Assembly (NCBI GenBank): GCA_965203805.1
Contig: OZ241917.1
Span: forward strand, 64,001 to 128,000
Source of the DNA: Candidatus Latescibacterota bacterium
GTDB lineage: Bacteria > Latescibacterota > UBA2968 > GCA-2709665
Direction of reading: 5' to 3'
DNA: 64,000 bases
Part shown: positions 1-8,986 of the stretch, piece after piece
Layout: every line of letters begins with the position of its first letter
How positions within the stretch are numbered: the first letter of the stretch is position 1
The notes under the pieces: generated by a model
Seen by the model: the letters and a program-made list of their open reading frames with translations, nothing else
Told to the model about the DNA's origin: nothing
Databases searched by the model: none
Translations under genes and position numbers: made by a program

Positions 1-629
1 ACGACGACGTGCGGATGGCGGCGAAGACGGGGCCCGACAGCATCTATATGGACGGGATGGAGGGCTCGACCGGGGCCGGGCCCCACCTGGCCACCGAGGA
101 GACGGGCGTTCCGGGAATCGCGGCCATACGGCAGGCCAGAAAGGCGCTGGACGACGTCGGCAAGACCGGAGCGATCACGCTCGTCTACGCGGGCGGGATT
201 CGCAATGGCGCCGACGTGGCCAAGGCGCTTGCGCTTGGCGCGGACGCGGTTGCCATCGGTACGGCGGCAATGGTGGCGCTGAATTGCAACAAGGATATCC
301 CCGAGGCGGATTACGAAGGCACGGTCGGCGTTCCGGCGGGGCAATGCTATCACTGCCATACAGGACTCTGTCCCGTGGGCGTGGCCACCCAGGATCCGGT
401 ACTGCGCGGCCGGCTGGACCCGGATGAGGCGGCCGGGCGTGTGTATAACTTCCTGCATACCCTGGCGATCGAATGCCAGATGTTCGCCAGGGCCTGCGGC
501 AAGACCGATGTTCACTCCCTGGAGCCGGAGGATCTCGCCGCGCTTACCATGGAAGCCTCCGCCATGGCGGAGGTGCCCCTGGCCGGAACCCGATATACCG
601 TCGGGCATCCCGAAATGAACAGGTATTGA
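1..629 (+). CDS. mgsC: FMN-binding glutamate synthase-like protein, likely N-methylglutamate synthase subunit C (5'-partial)
   Basis: DGMEGSTGA, GGIRNGADVAKALALGADAV and Cys motif C..CYHCHTGLCPVGVATQDP of the glutamate synthase FMN/3Fe-4S domain; frame is open to the window edge; context of gmaS, tdm and fhs. Confidence 0.8.
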   Translation, partial: DDVRMAAKTGPDSIYMDGMEGSTGAGPHLATEETGVPGIAAIRQARKALDDVGKTGAITLVYAGGIRNGADVAKALALGADAVAIGTAAMVALNCNKDIPEADYEGTVGVPAGQCYHCHTGLCPVGVATQDPVLRGRLDPDEAAGRVYNFLHTLAIECQMFARACGKTDVHSLEPEDLAALTMEASAMAEVPLAGTRYTVGHPEMNRY

Positions 630-659
630 ACGGCGGAAAGACGGGAACAGGAGACGCCG

Positions 660-1097
660 ATGGACGAAGCCAAAGACGTGAACTACTACCTGAAATCCAC
701 GGGGCTGGACTCGGACCGGGAGAAGGAAATCGGACAGCACATCGGATACCGGTACGATGTGAACCTGCCGCCGGACTACGGGCTTCTGACGCCGTTCCTG
801 GAGCGGTACACAGAGGTGATGGGGTGGAGGGACCTGAACTGGCTGGAAGACGTACATATGGGATACGAAGACGGAAAGCCGGCGGTATTCGACCGGAACA
901 TCAATGGCTGGGTGCTGGTGCCCGAAGATATGACGCTGCCCGACAACCAGCAGGAACGTGACATGATTGCGCGGGAACTGCTCGTCAAGTTTCAGATGTC
1001 CGATAGGCATCCGATGATTGAACTTGGAGATGCCTACGGCCTGAAGCTGGAAGACGAAGACGGCGCGCATGGAGCAGACTCAAACCCGGCAACCTGA
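660..1097 (+). CDS. hypothetical protein (145 aa, acidic, soluble)
   Basis: AGGAG RBS before the ATG, GC3-biased codons, fills the gap between co-oriented genes; no family recognised. Confidence 0.8.
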   Translation: MDEAKDVNYYLKSTGLDSDREKEIGQHIGYRYDVNLPPDYGLLTPFLERYTEVMGWRDLNWLEDVHMGYEDGKPAVFDRNINGWVLVPEDMTLPDNQQERDMIARELLVKFQMSDRHPMIELGDAYGLKLEDEDGAHGADSNPAT

Positions 1098-1113
1098 AAA
1101 CCCGGGAGGCGGT

Positions 1114-2508
1114 ATGAGCAATGCGAAGATGTGGGGCCCGGAGGCGTTCTGGGGTCTGGACTACGACTGGGATCCCCAATGGGTGTTGACGCCCGGACAA
1201 CAGGCGCTCCAGGAGAAACTGATCGACCTCTGCCGGACAACGCTGCGGGACAACGCCGTCGAGAGCGATCGCAACCTCGTGTTTCCACGGGAGAATTTCA
1301 GAGCGCTGGCTTCGCTGGGTCTGCTGGGACTGAACGTGCCACGGGAATGGGGAGGCCTGGGAGAAGACCACACGTGTACGGCGATGGTGGTGGAGACGAT
1401 CGCGCGTTACGGGTGCGCCAGTACCGCGATGTGTTATACCATGCACATCGGGGCCGTGGCCGCCGCGATGTTTCGGGCGCACGACAACGCGACGCTTCAA
1501 AGCCTTATGAAGCGCCTCGACAGCGACGTGCTGGTGGGCACGTTATCCTATTCGGATCCGGAGACGGGCTCTCATTTCTGGTACCCCATTTCTTCCGGAG
1601 CCGAGCGGGTGGAAGGCGGCTGGAAGGTGCGAAAAAAGGCGTCTTGGACGACGTCCGCGGGTTTCGCCGACTGGTACATCGTGCAGACGACGAGCCCCGA
1701 TTTCGCCGGCGATTATTCGAATCTTTCCTGCTTCCTCGTCATGGCGGACGAGGTGAAGGCGGAACCGTCGCTGTGGGACGGCCTGGGGCTGCGCGGGAAT
1801 CAGTCCGGCACGCTGGAGGTCGACAACGTCACGATGCCGGAGAACAGGCTGGTGGGGCCGGTGGGCGACGGGGCGAATTCGAATGACGAAACGGTGGATC
1901 CGTTCTTCCTGTTATGTTCATCGGCCTGCTGGAACGGCATTTCTCTGGGGATGATCGACATCGCCAGGCGGCACACAACCGCGCGGCGACACGCCGACGT
2001 GGGCATGCGGGTGGCGGACTATCCGACAATCCAGGACTACGTAGGCGAGGCCGTGATCGATACCAACGCCTCCCGGTCCTTTGTCTACCTGATGGCCCGC
2101 GCGATGGACGACGTCACGAATCAGTGCGACTGGTCCATCCACCGGGACCTCTCCCGCATGCCACGGGCGGACGTGCTGCACTGGATGTGGCAGGTAAAGT
2201 TCACCGCGGCGAAGAACGTGGCAAACGTCTCCGACAAGATGCTTCATGCCTGCGGCGGGACGGGGTACAAACCCGATCTGGGGATTGAACGATACCTGCG
2301 CGACGGCAAGGCCGGCTGGGTGATGGGCCCCACGAACGAGGTCCTCCGCCAGTTTGTAGGGAAGAGCGTACTGTTGGGATTCGACTCGCTGGACTACTGG
2401 AACCAGTCGGTGAACGAGCGCCTGTTGAGGAACGAACTCAAGAAAATGGACGGCGAGACCAAGAAGGAACTCGCGCGTCAGCTTCTGGCTGAAACCGAAG
2501 ACGGGTGA
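1114..2508 (+). CDS. acyl-CoA dehydrogenase-fold flavoprotein (probable two-component monooxygenase oxygenase)
   Basis: ACAD motifs TLSYSDPETGS, KASWTTSAG, GLRGNQSG, ADYPTIQ, CGGTGY..IERYLRD; GGAGG RBS before ATG 1114; VMGPTNE in place of the usual IYEGTSE. Confidence 0.85.
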   Translation: MSNAKMWGPEAFWGLDYDWDPQWVLTPGQQALQEKLIDLCRTTLRDNAVESDRNLVFPRENFRALASLGLLGLNVPREWGGLGEDHTCTAMVVETIARYGCASTAMCYTMHIGAVAAAMFRAHDNATLQSLMKRLDSDVLVGTLSYSDPETGSHFWYPISSGAERVEGGWKVRKKASWTTSAGFADWYIVQTTSPDFAGDYSNLSCFLVMADEVKAEPSLWDGLGLRGNQSGTLEVDNVTMPENRLVGPVGDGANSNDETVDPFFLLCSSACWNGISLGMIDIARRHTTARRHADVGMRVADYPTIQDYVGEAVIDTNASRSFVYLMARAMDDVTNQCDWSIHRDLSRMPRADVLHWMWQVKFTAAKNVANVSDKMLHACGGTGYKPDLGIERYLRDGKAGWVMGPTNEVLRQFVGKSVLLGFDSLDYWNQSVNERLLRNELKKMDGETKKELARQLLAETEDG

Positions 2509-4841
2509 TGCCTGCGGATGTCCAAATGACGGGGACGGGGCTGCTGAGGTGGACGCCGGGCAGGGAGCGCTATCGGGTGCCGGGCGGGGGGGCGATCGCC
2601 CTTGCGCTTTCGCCCGGCGACCGGCTGGCCGTTGTGGACGTGGAGGGGCGCCAGCGATGCGAACTGGGTGTGTTCGGCCCGGATGGCAATGCCGATCCGT
2701 CCAGGCTGGGCGTTCGGGCCGATGGCCCGATGGAGGGTTTCGCGTCCGCGCTCAGGCGGGGCGACGACAGCGCGCAGGCGGCCGACGCGGCGCTTCGGCG
2801 GCGCGGCGTTGACCTTGCCCGGGCCAGAGCGGTGCAGGTTTTCGGCGGAGAAACGGAAGCCGGCGCCGAAGCGTGCTTCGACGTCGCAGACGACGCCGTT
2901 TGCCTGATTGCGGCGCCTGGCGGACCGATGAGGGTGGATGCCCAGGACCCTCCCACGGAGCTCGACGTCGTGGTCAGGCGCTCGCGCGTTGAGGCGCCGG
3001 AACGCCACCCGCTGCCTTCGCCCCTGGGTGACATGCGCCTGGATCTGGAGGTGGAGAGGGCGTCGGCGATCGCATACGAGGTAAAGGCCGGAGAGTTCAT
3101 CCAGGTGATCGACGCCGCCGGCAGGCAGTGTTCCGATTTTCTGGCCTTCGACGCGAGGCAGTTGCAGCGGGGCATTGAGCGGGGGCTGGACGCGACCACG
3201 ACGCGTACGCTCATGGGCCGGGCCTATCCCGGTCCGGGACTTTTCTCGAAGTTTTGCGACCAGGATATGCAGCCGCTGGTGGAAGTCGTTCGGGATACGG
3301 TAGGTCGGCACGATACGTTTGCGCTTGCGTGCACCGCGAGATATTACGAGGATATGGGTTACCCGGGCCACGTCAACTGTACTGACAACTTCAACGCGGC
3401 ACTGGACCCGTATACGATTCAGCCCCGGCGCGGCTGGCCCGCGGTGAATTTTTTCTACAATACGAGAATAGACCTTAATAACGTCCTTTTCCTGGACGAA
3501 CCATGGTCTCGTCCGGGTGACTACGTGCTGCTGAAAGCCCTGACGGACCTGGTTTGCCTGTCGTCCGCGTGCCCGGACGATATCGATCCGGCCAACGGCT
3601 GGGAGCCAACAGAGATCCAGGTCCGCGTCTACCCCGAACGGTACCGGTTTTCCAGAGGAATTGCGCACCGGATGACGGCAGACGCCGAACCGAGGCTGAC
3701 GAGGGAGACGGCCTTTCACCGGCGAACCTCGGCCCTGACCCGACACTTCGAGGAATACCGCGGTTACTGGCTGCCGTCCTCCTTCACGGGGACCGGCGCC
3801 GTCGAGGAGTATTATGCCTGTCGCGAGGCGGCGGCGGTGATGGACCTGTCCGCGCTTCGCAAGTTCGAGGTCCTGGGGCCGGACGCGGAAGCGCTTCTGC
3901 AGCACACCCTCACGCGAGACGTTCGCAGGCTTTCAGCGGGCCAGGTGACGTATTCCGCCATGTGTTATGAAACCGGCGGCATGCTGGACGACGGCACCCT
4001 GTTCCGGTTGGGCCCGGAGAATTTTCGCTGGATTTGCGGCGAGGATTACGGCGGCGTGTGGTTACGCGAGCAGGCGAGTCGCCGCGGGATGCGGGTGTGG
4101 GTCAGAAACGCCACCGACCAACTCCACAATCTTGCCGTCCAGGGCCCGAGAAGCCGGGATATTCTCGACGAAATCATCTGGACGCCTCCGTCCCGCCCGT
4201 CCCTGGCCGAATTGGGCTGGTTCCGATTCACGGTGGGTCGAATCGACGACGGAAGCGGAGCGGCGGTCGTGGTATCCAGGACCGGCTATACGGGCGAACT
4301 GGGCTATGAGGTGTGGTGCCATCCCGACGATGCGCCCGCGGTCTGGGATGCCATATGGGAATCCGGGCAGCCGCATGGCCTGACCCCGCTGGGGCTGGAA
4401 GCCCTGGACATGCTTCGGATCGAGGCCGGTCTCGTTTTCGCCGGCTGCGAGTTCGACGATCAGACGGACCCGTTTGAGGCGGGCATCGGCTTCACCGTGC
4501 CGCTCAAGCGAAAGAAAGACGATTTCATCGGCAAAGAGGCGCTTATTCGAAGACGGTCCGATCCGCAACGCGTGCTCGTGGGGCTGGAGCTGTCCGGAAA
4601 CGAGCCCGCCGCCACCGGCGACGACGTCTATGACGGACGGGGCCGCGTGGGCGTGATTACCAGCGGCACCCGCTCACCCATTCTGGGCAGGAATATCGCG
4701 CTGTGCCGTCTGGCGACCGGGTACGCAGCCGTCGGCGTGGCCGTGGAGGTGGGAAGGCTGGACGGACATCAGAAGCGGATCCCCGCCCGCGTGGTGCGGT
4801 TTCCGTTCTACGATCCGGAGAAGACCCGGCCCCGGGCCTGA
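2508..4841 (+). CDS. tdm: trimethylamine N-oxide demethylase (DUF1989 + GCV_T aminomethyltransferase)
   Basis: QCSDF, RHDTFALAC-x12-GHVNC and SSACPDDID metal-ligand motifs followed by GCV_T motifs (DLSALRKFEVLGPDA, SRTGYTGELGYE, LRIEAGL, PFYDPEK); ATG overlaps the upstream TGA (TGATG). Confidence 0.88.
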   Translation: MPADVQMTGTGLLRWTPGRERYRVPGGGAIALALSPGDRLAVVDVEGRQRCELGVFGPDGNADPSRLGVRADGPMEGFASALRRGDDSAQAADAALRRRGVDLARARAVQVFGGETEAGAEACFDVADDAVCLIAAPGGPMRVDAQDPPTELDVVVRRSRVEAPERHPLPSPLGDMRLDLEVERASAIAYEVKAGEFIQVIDAAGRQCSDFLAFDARQLQRGIERGLDATTTRTLMGRAYPGPGLFSKFCDQDMQPLVEVVRDTVGRHDTFALACTARYYEDMGYPGHVNCTDNFNAALDPYTIQPRRGWPAVNFFYNTRIDLNNVLFLDEPWSRPGDYVLLKALTDLVCLSSACPDDIDPANGWEPTEIQVRVYPERYRFSRGIAHRMTADAEPRLTRETAFHRRTSALTRHFEEYRGYWLPSSFTGTGAVEEYYACREAAAVMDLSALRKFEVLGPDAEALLQHTLTRDVRRLSAGQVTYSAMCYETGGMLDDGTLFRLGPENFRWICGEDYGGVWLREQASRRGMRVWVRNATDQLHNLAVQGPRSRDILDEIIWTPPSRPSLAELGWFRFTVGRIDDGSGAAVVVSRTGYTGELGYEVWCHPDDAPAVWDAIWESGQPHGLTPLGLEALDMLRIEAGLVFAGCEFDDQTDPFEAGIGFTVPLKRKKDDFIGKEALIRRRSDPQRVLVGLELSGNEPAATGDDVYDGRGRVGVITSGTRSPILGRNIALCRLATGYAAVGVAVEVGRLDGHQKRIPARVVRFPFYDPEKTRPRA

Positions 4842-4960
4842 TCGATAAGCGAATTCCGCGACGCGTCACCGGGGGTTTCGGCGGCCCGGTTGACGGCGTC
4901 CGGACGGCCGGCGGCGGATGAGGCCGGATCCTGCGCCGCGTCCGTTGAGAGGGTATCGGA

Positions 4961-5449
4961 ATGGCGTTCGACCCGATGGAACAACGGCGGATAATGGGTT
5001 GTTTCGCGACCGGGGTAACCGTCGTGACGGCGGTTGCGGGAGGCGAGGCGAGAGGGATGACGGCCAATGCCGTGACCTCGCTGTCGCTGGACCCGCCCCT
5101 GGTCATGGTTGCCGTGGACAAAGGGGCGCAGATGCACGCCCATCTGACCGCCAGCCGCCAATTTGCATTGAATATCCTCAGCGAGGATCAGGAGGCGCTT
5201 TCCGTACAGTTCGCCAGGCCGGGCCCGAAGGACTTTTCGAACGTGGCTTCAACCGCTGGCCGGACGGGCTCGCCCGTCTTCGCGGACGCGCTGGGCCACG
5301 TGGAGTGTCTGCTGGTCGACGTACTGCGGACCGGCGACCACGACATTTTCGTTGGTGAGATTGTGGCGGGCGACGCCGGCGAGGGTCGTCCGCTGCTGTT
5401 TTACCGGGGGAAGTACAGCCGGATGGCGGAAGGGTCCGCGGAGGTCTGA
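4961..5449 (+). CDS. flavin reductase (HpaC/RutF-like)
   Basis: GCFATGVTVVT, GMTANAVTSLSLDPPLV, GDHDIFVGE, PLLFYRG. Confidence 0.93.
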   Translation: MAFDPMEQRRIMGCFATGVTVVTAVAGGEARGMTANAVTSLSLDPPLVMVAVDKGAQMHAHLTASRQFALNILSEDQEALSVQFARPGPKDFSNVASTAGRTGSPVFADALGHVECLLVDVLRTGDHDIFVGEIVAGDAGEGRPLLFYRGKYSRMAEGSAEV

Positions 5450-5503
5450 AGGGTTTCCGTCGCATGCCTGACGGCGTGTTCAAGTTCAATAGGGAGGAAT
5501 GGT

Positions 5504-6895
5504 ATGGATAACGAACTCAGCGCATTGACGGTCGTATTTACGGAATTCTATTACTGGATATGCATCGTTCTCATGTTCCTGATCCACGTCGGCTTCTGTC
5601 TGTATGAAGTCGGCGTCTCCAGGCGGAAGAATATGATGCACACCCTGATGAAGAACGCGATGTTGATTCCGCTGGTGACCATCACGTTCTATTTCTTCGG
5701 GTGGTGGATCTACTTTGCGGTGCAGAACGGGCCCGGGATCACGGGCGGACTCATACAAGCCGCCTGGGCGGAGCCGTGGAATGAACTGATGGGGACGCAT
5801 ATGGGAGGAAAGCCGCACGCCGGCGGGTTGACCGGGGATGATACGGCTCTCTGGGCGCGGTTGAACGGCGTGTTCTGGGCGGCGTTTCTTCTGTTTTCGT
5901 GGACGGCTGGATCGATTCTTTCCGGGGCGGTAATCGAACGCATCCGATCCGGCGCGTTCTGGATCTTTGCGATACTGGTGGGGTCGGTCACCTGGGTGAT
6001 CGATGCGGCGTGGGGATGGTCCGCGGACGGCTGGATGGTGCAGTTGCTGGGTTACCACGACGCGTACGCGTCCGGCGTGATCCACGGGATCAGCGGCGGT
6101 TCCGCGCTGGCGATACTCTATCACCTCGGGCCCCGCATCGGCAGGTTCAGGCCTGACGGCTCTCCCAGGATTTTCCCGCCGCAGAACACGTGGCTGGTCA
6201 TTATCGGACTGTTTTTGATCTATACCGGATTCTGGGGCTTCTATGCGGCCTGCAACGTTCCCATTATGGACATCGATGCCGCAGACGGCAGGTCGTTCTT
6301 CTCGGCCACCACGATTTACCTCACACCCACGACGCTCAGCGCCATCACCTTCAACTTTCTGATGTCTCTCGCCGGCGGATTGATCATGGGGTATTTCGTG
6401 TCCAAAGGCGATCCTTACTGGACCTTCTCGGGCGGACTTGCCGGCATCATCACGGCGTCGGCCGGCAACGACCTGTATCATCCGATGCAGGCGCTTCTCA
6501 TCGGCGCATTCGGCACGTTCTGCATGTACAGGTTGCACAATTGGGTCGAACGCCGCTTCAGGATCGACGATGCGGTGGGCGCCGTGGCGGTGCACGGATA
6601 TGCCGGGGTCATCGGCGTTATTGTCGCGGGATTCGTCCTGTGGGGGTATCCGGGCGCTAATCCCGATTACGCCCCGATAACGCCGTGGGGTCAGACGCTC
6701 GGCGCCGTCATCATGTTTTTCGTGCTGGGTTTTCTGCCATGTTACGTGGTGGGTGCGATTCTCAAGAAGCTGGGCGTTCTCCGCATTCCGGCGCAAATCG
6801 AACTGGCGGGTCTGGATCACACGACCATCGAGAACGAAACGGCCGACGCGAACGAACTCGTCCAGGCGGAAGTCGACGAAGCGCGGGGAAACTGA
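5504..6895 (+). CDS. amt: Amt-family (methyl)ammonium transporter
   Basis: Multiple TM segments, GFCLYEVG-SRRKN, SGAVIER, DAYASGVIH, LGPRIGRF, DDAVGAVAVHG; GGAGG RBS. Confidence 0.92.
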   Translation: MDNELSALTVVFTEFYYWICIVLMFLIHVGFCLYEVGVSRRKNMMHTLMKNAMLIPLVTITFYFFGWWIYFAVQNGPGITGGLIQAAWAEPWNELMGTHMGGKPHAGGLTGDDTALWARLNGVFWAAFLLFSWTAGSILSGAVIERIRSGAFWIFAILVGSVTWVIDAAWGWSADGWMVQLLGYHDAYASGVIHGISGGSALAILYHLGPRIGRFRPDGSPRIFPPQNTWLVIIGLFLIYTGFWGFYAACNVPIMDIDAADGRSFFSATTIYLTPTTLSAITFNFLMSLAGGLIMGYFVSKGDPYWTFSGGLAGIITASAGNDLYHPMQALLIGAFGTFCMYRLHNWVERRFRIDDAVGAVAVHGYAGVIGVIVAGFVLWGYPGANPDYAPITPWGQTLGAVIMFFVLGFLPCYVVGAILKKLGVLRIPAQIELAGLDHTTIENETADANELVQAEVDEARGN

Positions 6896-6904
6896 AGGGA
6901 ATCG

Positions 6905-8590
6905 ATGGGCGAGCAAGGGATATTGCCGGATATCGAAATCGCGAGGCAGGCCGATTTGCTTCACGTCGGCGATGTCGGGAGAAAGCTGGGCGTACCCGAA
7001 GATCAACTGGAGGTCTACGGCAGGTACAAGGCCAAGGTTTCGATGGGTTTTTGCGACAGCCTGGCCGGAAATCCCACCGGTAAACTCGTGCTGGTCTCGG
7101 CGATCAATCCGACGCCCTCCGGCGAGGGCAAGACCACGACAACCGTGGGTCTGGGCGACGCGCTGAACCGGCTGGGCAAGCGCGCGGCCGTGTGTCTCAG
7201 GGAGCCCTCTCTGGGTCCCTGTTTCGGCATGAAGGGAGGCGCTGCCGGCGGCGGGGCCGCGCAGGTCGCGCCAATGGAGGACATCAACCTGCACTTTACG
7301 GGCGATATCCATGCCATCGGCGTCGCCCACAATCTGCTGGCCGCGGCAGTCGACAACCACATTCATCACCGCAACAGGCTGGATATCGATCCCCGGCGCA
7401 TCCTGTGGAAGCGCGCCCTGGATATGAACGACCGGGCGTTGCGCGATATCGTCATCGGTCTCGGGGGCACGGGGAATTCCTATCCTCGAGAATCCGGGTT
7501 TGAAATCACGGTCGCGTCCGAAGTGATGGCGATCTTCTGCCTGTCCGAGTCGCTCGACGAGCTTCGTGAGCGTCTGGGTCGAATCATAGTGGCGCGTACA
7601 CGGGCCAACGAACCGGTTACGGCGGCGGACCTCAATGTGCACGGGGCGATGGCCGTGCTGTTGAAGGACGCGCTGAAACCGAATCTGGTCCAGACGATCG
7701 AGAATAACCCGGCGATCGTCCACGGGGGTCCGTTCGCCAATATCGCGCACGGATGCAACTCGGTGATCGCGACCAAGCTGGCGATGCGTCTGGCCGAATA
7801 CACTGTGACCGAAGCCGGATTCGGCGCGGACCTCGGCGCGGAGAAATTTCTGAACATCAAATGCCGGCAGGCCGGCATCCGCCCGGACGTGGTCGTGCTC
7901 GTGGCAACCGTCCGGGGGCTGAAATACCACGGGGGGACGTCGCTCAGGAGGCTGGCGGACCCCGATCCGGCCGCCGTGGAGAAAGGACTTGTAAATCTCA
8001 GGAAGCATATTGAAAATGTCCGGCGTTTCGGTCTGCCGGCGGTCGTCGCAGTGAACCGGTTTCTAACCGACACCGCCGATGAGGTCGCATTGATCGTGGA
8101 CAGGTGCGCCGACATGGACTTGCCGATCGTTCCTTCGGAACACTGGGCCGCAGGGGGGGCCGGCGCCGAAGCGCTTGCCCGAACGGTCGTCGAAGCCGCG
8201 GAAACGGGGCCTGCCGATTTCAACCTTCTGTATCCCGACAGTCTGCGGTTGTGGGACAAGGCCAGGATTGTGGCCCGGGAAATCTACGGCGCCGACGATA
8301 TCATGGGGGACAAACGCCTGAGAGCCCGGTTCGGAAAGCTCGAGGAAGCGGGGTACGGAAGGTTTCCGGTTTGTATGGCCAAGACCCAGTATTCGCTCTC
8401 GACCGATCCGGGACTGAAGGGCAGACCGAGAGGTTTCGACGTGCCCATCCGCGACGTGAGGGTGTCTGCCGGGGCCGGTTTCGTGGTGGTGTACACCGGC
8501 GATGTCATGACAATGCCGGGGCTGCCCCGCAAACCCTCTGCCGAGGCCATCGACTACGATGAAGCCGGACAGACCGTGGGTCTGTTCTGA
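6905..8590 (+). CDS. fhs: formate--tetrahydrofolate ligase
   Basis: [73 protein letters not shown]. Confidence 0.97.
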   Translation: MGEQGILPDIEIARQADLLHVGDVGRKLGVPEDQLEVYGRYKAKVSMGFCDSLAGNPTGKLVLVSAINPTPSGEGKTTTTVGLGDALNRLGKRAAVCLREPSLGPCFGMKGGAAGGGAAQVAPMEDINLHFTGDIHAIGVAHNLLAAAVDNHIHHRNRLDIDPRRILWKRALDMNDRALRDIVIGLGGTGNSYPRESGFEITVASEVMAIFCLSESLDELRERLGRIIVARTRANEPVTAADLNVHGAMAVLLKDALKPNLVQTIENNPAIVHGGPFANIAHGCNSVIATKLAMRLAEYTVTEAGFGADLGAEKFLNIKCRQAGIRPDVVVLVATVRGLKYHGGTSLRRLADPDPAAVEKGLVNLRKHIENVRRFGLPAVVAVNRFLTDTADEVALIVDRCADMDLPIVPSEHWAAGGAGAEALARTVVEAAETGPADFNLLYPDSLRLWDKARIVAREIYGADDIMGDKRLRARFGKLEEAGYGRFPVCMAKTQYSLSTDPGLKGRPRGFDVPIRDVRVSAGAGFVVVYTGDVMTMPGLPRKPSAEAIDYDEAGQTVGLF

Positions 8591-8728
8591 CGGCACGAGC
8601 CGCCACCGATGGTGTCCGCCGTCTCCGGGGAGCGCGACATCTTCGAAACCAGGCATCCGGACGCTTCGCTTCAGCTTCCGAATGAGACGAATGGTTTCAA
8701 CATACTCACCAGTGTAAGGAGGTGGCAG

Positions 8729-8959
8729 ATGAGAACGGGTCAGATAGACACGTGGACGGGAAATCCGGCTGACGTCGGTCCGATGTACCCCTTTGTCGGG
8801 TACGAGGTTCCTCTATTCGTGGTTTGTGTTGTCCTGTGGCTCGCGTACACGGTCTGGCAGATGAAACACGAGAACGCGGTTTACCGGGAGGAACTGGATC
8901 AGTGCGCCAGCGCCGGCTCTTCGGCATCGGCAACAGAAGGCGAGAGCAAGGATTCCTAA
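8729..8959 (+). CDS. small single-pass membrane protein
   Basis: Strong AAGGAGG RBS before ATG 8729; W-x-G..GPMYPFVG followed by one hydrophobic helix (LFVVCVVLWLAYTVWQ). Confidence 0.75.
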   Translation: MRTGQIDTWTGNPADVGPMYPFVGYEVPLFVVCVVLWLAYTVWQMKHENAVYREELDQCASAGSSASATEGESKDS

Positions 8960-8986
8960 CGTTGATTTTCCTGGGGAGATCTGACG

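Noticed and set aside
2508-4841. Glycine cleavage T protein or dimethylglycine dehydrogenase
   Set aside because: Has an N-terminal DUF1989 with Tdm-type ligands and no FAD-binding motif
5486-8008. 840-aa antisense ORF and similar long shadow ORFs
   Set aside because: Opposite well-supported genes; expected with high GC3 codon bias
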